Source: the human T2T-CHM13v2.0 reference genome, Homo sapiens | Strand: one strand, 5' to 3' | Assembly: GCF_009914755.1 (NCBI RefSeq) | Contig: NC_060930.1 | DNA: 64,000 bases | The notes under the pieces: model-generated | Databases searched by the model: none | What the model saw: the letters and a program-made list of their open reading frames with translations, nothing else | Told to the model about the DNA's origin: nothing | Shown here: in pieces, positions 56,657 to 64,000 of the stretch | How the letters are laid out: every line of letters begins with the position of its first letter | How positions within the stretch are numbered: position 1 is the first letter of the stretch | Translations under genes and position numbers: made by a program

Positions 56657-57390
56657 TTTTTTGGGGGGGGGGGGGTGGGAATAGCCTTGTTTATTCTTTT
56701 TTTTTTATTATACTTTAAGTTCTAGGGTACATGTGCACAACGTGCAGGTTTGTTACATATGTATACATGTGCCATGTTGGTGTGCTGCACCCATTAACTC
56801 ATCATTTACATTAGGTATATCTCCTAATGCTATCCCTCTCCCTTCCCCCAACCCCACGACAGGCCCCGGTGTGTGATGTTCCCCTTCCTGTGTCCAAGTG
56901 TTCTCATTGTTCAGTTCCCACCTATGAGTGAGAACATGTGGTGTTTGGTTTTTTGTCCTTGTGATAGTTTGCTGAGAATGATGGTTTCCAGCTTCATCCA
57001 TGTCCCTACAAAGGACATGAACTCATCCTTTTTTAGGCTGCATAGTATTCCATGGAGTATATGTGCCACGTTTTCTTAATCCAGTCTATCATTGATGGAC
57101 ATTTGGGTTGGTTCCAAGTCTTTGCTATTGTGAATACTGCAGCAATAAACCTATGTGTGCATGTGTCTTTATAGCAGCATGATTTAAATCCTTTGGGTAT
57201 ACACCCAGTAATGGGATGGCTGGGTCAAATGGTATTTCTACTTCTAGATCCTTGAGGAATCGCCACACTGTCTTCCACAATGGTTGAACGAGTTTACCAT
57301 CCCACCAACAGTGTAAAAGTGTTCCTATTTGTCCACATCCTCTCCAGCACCTGTTGTTTCCTGACTTTTTAATTATCTCCATTCTAACTG
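56657..57390 (-). mobile_element. 5'-truncated L1PA (PA4/5-like) carrying a short 3' transduction
   Basis: L1 body 56697-57390; 19-bp TSD AACACCA(C/T)AGAACTTCTTT at 56638-56656 and 57391-57409, enclosing an extra 34-nt segment. Confidence 0.92.
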
Positions 57391-58559
57391 AACACCATAG
57401 AACTTCTTTGAATAGACTTTTTTTTCAAGACTGTGGCATCAACCTGCATGCATTGCGTTGTGGGAAACAAATCTATGAAATTTGTTGTTGGACACACTCT
57501 TGATTAACTGAGGACTCCATTCACTGCATCACACAGGGTCTTCTTGCCAGAGACCCACAGGAGGAAATTTGCTGGGGACATAGTACCAGGGAAAGTTGTG
57601 TCTTGACCTTAATTATTTTATGAATCAGATAAATAATCATTACATCATCTTTCTCTGTATTGGCTGCTAGAAACCTCAGAGACACATCCATGGACTTCTA
57701 CAAACTATGGTGATTCTCATGGCCCACATATTATAGATTGAGCTCTCCTTTGACTTGGCTTGACTTGACTTTTTCAACTTATTTTTATTTCACTAAATCA
57801 TGTTTACTTATTTTTATCTTGTGTTATTTTGTATTAATAGGTATACATAAGTATATATGCTGTAAGTCTGTAAATCACTCTTAGAATGATTAATGGAACA
57901 CAGTAACTCCTAACTGTATTGTTCATCAGCAAAAGCGAAATTTCAAAACCAAAGGGAAGCAATGCAGACAGAGATGAGACAGAGGACCCTACATGACAGC
58001 TGAAAGTAGGTTAAAAAAAAACCTATAAAAAAGATACACTGTTTTTAATTGTCTTCTGAAAAAAGTTTGGAAGGTGGGAGGTTGAGGGAGCAGGGAATAT
58101 GTGAAAATTCGATAAACTCCTTTCACACAATAACAACTTATTATTTTGTGCACGTTTCATGTTTCAAAATATCTACAGAAATGCCAATTTATATTTTCTG
58201 GAGTTTGAGGTACAGACAACCTTTAGTTATTATAAATCCTATCTCTTGCTAAATTTAAATTAATTCCACATTTGCTCAGGGAGGTCAAGACCAAGTCACA
58301 GTGCTGAGTCCTCAGTATATAATCCTTGGTTTCAGTCCTCACCTCTTTTGTGCAGGAAAAATCTGTGGTAGTTCTTGCTCTTTCAGTGTTCAGAAGTGTT
58401 TCAATATGTTCTAAAGCACACTCATTGCTATGAGAAAAAAATTTCATCATACATTATTTCTAGTGGACAGTCAAGGCTTTGTGTCCTCAGTAGACCACAT
58501 ATGTTGCACGCTGTTTGCTAAACAGACTTTCCTCTGGAAAATCACAGCCATCCCCATCA

Positions 58560-59010
58560 GTCCATATGCTTCCAGATGGAGATGAGTCCTCTCCCAGCCC
58601 CAGTGATGGGATATCCCTGGCCTTTAAGCCAATTAGCAAACCTGATACCCCTAGCCATAGTGATTGGTTCATATTACACAGCCAGTAATACATATTGGCA
58701 AGTCTGCTGGGAAAGATAGAAAGCAAGTATTCTCTCTCTTCAGCTAGATTTAATGATGTGAGAATTTAACATTTGTAGCTGCTTTAACCATCTGGAGAAA
58801 GCCTGGATCTACTGGGAGCACCACATATAGCCTGGCTTACAGCTAACCCAAAAGAGAAAGAGGGCCTTGGGAGAGAACAAAGTGACATACTTAAACCCTG
58901 AAGCAGATCGTGCCTGAGGCTACCTTTGCCCATAAACAATTCCAGGTAATTGAGTCAATACATTTATTTTTGCTTAAACCAATTTTGAATGGGTATTTCT
59001 GCCAATAGTG
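58560..59010 (+). mobile_element. Old MaLR LTR (MLT1J/K-like)
   Basis: AAGCCAATTAGCA..CCCCTAGCCATAGTGATTGGTTCA; TGCCTGAGGC; TTGCTTAAACCAATTTTGA.TGGG..TTTCTG. Confidence 0.7.
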
Positions 59011-59338
59011 TACCACCTAAAGATATCCAGAGTTAAATTTAATTTTGCCTTCTTGCCTACCATTGGCAAATAGAAAAAAAAGTTTATTTTCTTTTTCTCT
59101 GTATCTCTTCTATCAATGTACATATACCATACTTGTGTGCATTACTTCATTCTTATATCTCCTACCCTTTCAAAACGGTGAGCTGGAAGTATGCAATTTT
59201 TTTTCTCTCAAGTAATTCTTTCTTGACAGTGAGATTCAGGCAGTTATTTGAAGGCTGCTAAGAACAGGTGAGGACTTATGCATAAGCCTGCTGGCTGAAA
59301 ATAAAATAAAGCATGCTGAAGTCCTTCTCACATTTCTT

Positions 59339-59450
59339 TCTTTCTTTTTTTTTTTTTTTTTTTGAGACAGAGTCTCACTACATCACCCAGGCTGGAGTGC
59401 AGTGGCATGATCATGGCTCACTGTGGCCTCAACCTTCCCGGCTCAAACGA
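59339..59450 (-). mobile_element. Severely 5'-truncated AluJ-type right-arm insertion
   Basis: T-tail plus ~88 nt of Alu; perfect TSD TCTCACATTTCTT (59326-59338 / 59451-59463). Confidence 0.9.
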
Positions 59451-59545
59451 TCTCACATTTCTTAAATTGCTCTTACCAAGGCTTTAAAAGTCCACCATAT
59501 GGGAGACCATGATCCATTCTGCAGCAAGTCTAGACCCCTACAGTT

Positions 59546-59735
59546 CAGAGTTAGCAAAGTGTGGTCCAAGGTTCCTTGGCATCAGCATCGCCTGGGGTGC
59601 CTGGGACAAAGCAGTTCACTGGCTTTCTCCCGGCCTAGAAACCCTAATCTGTAGGAGCCTGGCCTGCTAATCTCAGTTCTAATAAATTCCCCAAGTGATT
59701 CACATGCACGGTAATGTTAGAGAATTCTAACATTA
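59546..59735. mobile_element. MER5A-like hAT MITE
   Basis: CAAAGTGTGGTCC..GCATCAGCATCGCCTGGG..TCCCCAAGTGATTC.CATGCAC..TTAGAGAA. Confidence 0.7.
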
Positions 59736-60461
59736 CCTTGCAGCGATGCTTGCAGTATTGCTGCAGTAGCTTCATCCTGTCAACAGCGGCGACATGAAAA
59801 TTACTTCCGTAATAGTTTTCTATCACTGTGAAAAATCCATCCCCCTCATTTATGGGTAATGTAGCTGCTTTTAAATGTAAAATTACAGTAATGGGAGAAT
59901 TTTAACTGGTTGGAATTGAATGAAATGCAAGGAACACTGAAGGAATTTCAAAAACACTTTGCACTGAATCATTTATTTTGAATGTCTTTCTTTATCTAAA
60001 TCAATTGTTCTTAACCTCGGCTTTATGTCAGCTTCTTCGAATACTGCTGTCTAGGCCACATGCCAGAATGATGAATTCAGAATCTCTAAAGATGAGAGTT
60101 AGTCATTAGTGTTGGAACTATGGCTAGTCAAAGCCCATAGAGAAGACTATTTTCATGATTCTAGAGGCGAAATTCATTATTATGAAGACACCAGACCTGA
60201 GAATAACCCCAAAGAATATAAAACTCCATTGAATGGGAGATCCTGGTCTATCTCCACTACTGTAATTCCTACTATCGTCTCCAGAATATCTCTTCACTTC
60301 TGTATACCTTTTCAAATCCAATTTTTCTGAGATTATTATGGCAGATTTCAGAGCTAATTAAGATATCAATTTCCCAAGACCATAATCACATCAGAAACAG
60401 GTTTACATTTTTAAAGATTTACCATGCCCTCATCCGGTTACATTCATATCACAGAAATATA

Positions 60462-61180
<719 letters not shown>

Positions 61181-61186
61181 TACGTA

Positions 61187-61546
61187 CAGGCAGTCCCTGA
61201 CTTAGATGGTTTGATATACAATTCTCCAACTTTACAGTGGTACGAAAGCAACACACATTAAGTAGCAACCTTACTTCAAGTACCCACACAACCATTCTTT
61301 TTTTCACTTTCAGTACAGTATTCAATAAATTACATTATGTATTCAATATTTTATTATAAGAGGCTTTTTGTTAAATTATTTTGCCCAACTGTACATTAAT
61401 ATAAGTGTTCTGAGCACATTTAACATAGGCTAGGCTAAGCTATAATGTTCAGTAAGTTAGGTGTATTAAATCCATTCCTGGCATGATATTTTCATCTTAT
61501 GGTGGGTTTATTGGGATGTAATCCCATTGTAAGTCAACAGCATTTA
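61187..61546. mobile_element. MER47A-like Tigger MITE
   Basis: CAGGCAGTCCCTGACTTA.ATGGTT.GA.. / ..CCCATTGTAAGTCAA..GCAT; TAGGCTAGGCTAAGCTAT core; TA flanks. Confidence 0.8.
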
Positions 61547-62149
61547 TATTTTTTAATTCACTATACCCACTTTAGCAAACAAAAACCAGAGGAAATGAGC
61601 CAGTTTTTCACATAGCCATTTCAAGAGGCTGAGGATGTTAGATGGATAAGATCTCTGTCAAAGACCTAATGGCTTTAATGAGCTCAGCAATGTAAAAGTA
61701 TGTGGGCAAAAATTGCTCAGAATGCACTAGTTCCTTTTTCCTGATGTCAGAATACCACAGCCTTATAGCAGAGCTGTGGCTTGATTAATCGATTCAGAAT
61801 GATTCCTGTTGAGCAACTGTCTTTTTGAAGGGAATGCCAGTGCAATCTGCTAACAACTGTCACTTTATATTAAGTATGAATTATGCTGTATAATGGGTTC
61901 AGGTGCTCATATAAATTGACTGTCATAAAATCCTTATGTGTGATGTTTCAGTAAAATTATCCATTCAGATGATGAAAACAAAGGAGTGGAATAGGACAAG
62001 ACTATAAAGGTGTTATCCTTCCCACTGTTCATGAGAAAAACACGGTCCAAAATTACTACTGCTTTATTGTTCACCCAGCTCGGTAATTAGCAGCCCCCTC
62101 CCCCTAAAATTTTTGGGCACAGAGATGATGTTATGAGAAAAGACAAGAT

Positions 62150-63040
62150 AGAAAACTCTCACACACTGTTGGTGTGGATTGATTACAACCAATCATTGTG
62201 TATCAAAATATGTATTAAGGTGTAGTACTGCATAGCCTTTGACCCAGTAATTTTCACTTCCAGGTATTTAGCCCTAGGAGATAATACCACAAGTTCAAAA
62301 AAGTTTATGCATAAGAGCCTTTATTATAGCATTGTTTAGATCAGTAAAAATTGAGAAACAACAAATGTTTATAGCAAAGTGTTGTGTATAGCAGGGGTCC
62401 CCAACCCTGGGGGCCACAGACCAATACCAGTTAGGAATGGGCTCACACAGCAGGAGGTGGGTGGCAAGCGAGCATTATGGCCTGAGCTCCGCTTCCTGTC
62501 AGATCAGTGGTGGCATTAGATTCTCATAAGAGTGACAACCCTATTGTGAACTATGCATGCGAGGAATCTAGGTTGCACGCTCCTTATGAGAATCTAATGC
62601 CTGATGATCTGAAGTGGAACAGTCTCATCCCAAAACCATCCTCTGCCCCCTTCTGGTCTGTGGAAAAATTGTCTTCCATGAAACCTGTCCCTGGTGCCAA
62701 AAAGGTTGGGGACGGTGGTAGAACATGTATGTGATGGTATTATGAAAACACTAAAAATGATTAATAACTATGGTAAATGTATTCACACGGAAAGATGCTC
62801 AATACATTTAATTGACTACAAATAAAGTTTATAGAACAGTATATATGGTAATGCTCATTTGTGTAAAATTTTATACATGTATCTACATGTGAATATAAAA
62901 TAATATCCAAAAGAATGGCCGTTAAAATTTTAATGGTAGAATCTAGAGTGATTTCTACTTTTTTCATTACTTTTCTCTGTTGCTTGAATTTCTATAATGA
63001 ACACTCAGCAATTCTGCAAAAACAATAAAGCTATTTAAAA
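62150..63040 (+). mobile_element. Old L1ME/MC 3' end, split by MER1B
   Basis: CTCACACACTGTTGGTG; CCTTTGACCCAGTAATT; A-rich terminus with AATAAA. Confidence 0.7.
62392..62717 (+). mobile_element. MER1B (hAT-Charlie)
   Basis: CAGGGGTCCCCAACCC...CCCTGGTGCCAAAAAGGTTGGGGAC termini; short form of MER1A. Confidence 0.92.
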
Positions 63041-64000
63041 AGAAATGAATATGATAAGAAACTTTATATGATTACAAATGAGGCGGAGGAATTTGAAAAG
63101 GTTCTAACGATTACACCTCCATTCAGAGATGATGATAATGACAATGATGGATGAATTGTATAATAATCTTATATGATAGCAAAAACATTAATTTACAATT
63201 ATTAGGAGTAGCATTAGGCACTTAGCACTGTAGTAACAATAGTAATAAATGGACTTGGAACTGAAATTAAATAAACAAGCATGAAAGCATTTGCAAGCAT
63301 ATCGCATGGGGAGATTGAGGCCATTCTGTTGGGGAAATACGACATGACATCTGAGAATTGCAATGTCAGAGTAACAAGCAGGGTTTAACACAATTCAGGA
63401 GAGTTTGTCTTGGCGTAGGAAGAGCTTTTGAGAGGAAATGAATGTGAGAGGTGAATTTAGAAGTGTGAGGTAGACAGCTTGTTGGAGAGGAAGTCAAATA
63501 GAATATTTCATAGAGCCCAAAGTAAGGAAGATGAACATTTTTGCCTCGGGATTTCCAAAGAATAAATGTGAAATGTGTCTCCATTCTGTGGTCATGGCCA
63601 AAGTCTGCAGCCTAGCTCTGTCAGCCAGTCATACTTTCCTTCAAACGCTTTGGCAGGTACATTGTATAGAAACTACTGGAGAGAGATCCCTCATCACCAG
63701 AAATACCACGTAAGTGAAACCTTCGGGAAGCCTCTGCTATCTCTTTCAGACCACAAAGCTATTACTGAAGGCACAGCTAAAGCACTTAAAGGAATGTTTT
63801 GTTATTACCATATAACAGTCTTACAAGTAGGCCGAATCTCTTTCTGTTTAAATGTTATTTTGAAGGCATCAACCATTTCATTCCTTCCCCAGCAGTCCTT
63901 TGCTAGAGCCTGAAATCCCTTTAAATATCCGTTTTTGGGGGGTATGATATTATTGCATCTCTAAACGAGGGTCAACAAAACAGCTCTTTATCAGCCAGTA

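Overview
A primate (very probably human) AT-rich, repeat-dense genomic window with no intact protein-coding gene that I can support. The one gene-derived feature is an old, full-length, intronless AMD1 (S-adenosylmethionine decarboxylase) retrocopy on the minus strand (~11316-13567). It keeps the 5'UTR with a remnant of the polyamine-sensing uORF (MAGDIS -> MSRNIS), a disabled CDS, the short 3'UTR, a poly(A) remnant and a degenerate 17-bp target-site duplication (TSD). It sits in an old L1 3' end and has been hit by two Alu-family inserts; one of them replaces the codons for the E67-S68 pyruvoyl self-cleavage site. The rest is layered transposon history (L3/CR1, L2, MIR, L1M, L1PA, Alu, MaLR/ERVL solo LTRs, Tigger/hAT MITEs) and microsatellites. 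Notable events include a short L1 3' transduction, a twin-priming inversion, a microhomology deletion and a three-level nesting. A few unique stretches (2.3-3.5 kb, 18.4-18.9 kb, 25-30 kb) look regulatory. I found no evidence of a genuinely new biological system. Repeat subfamily calls and AMD1 comparisons are from recalled consensus sequences, not database searches.
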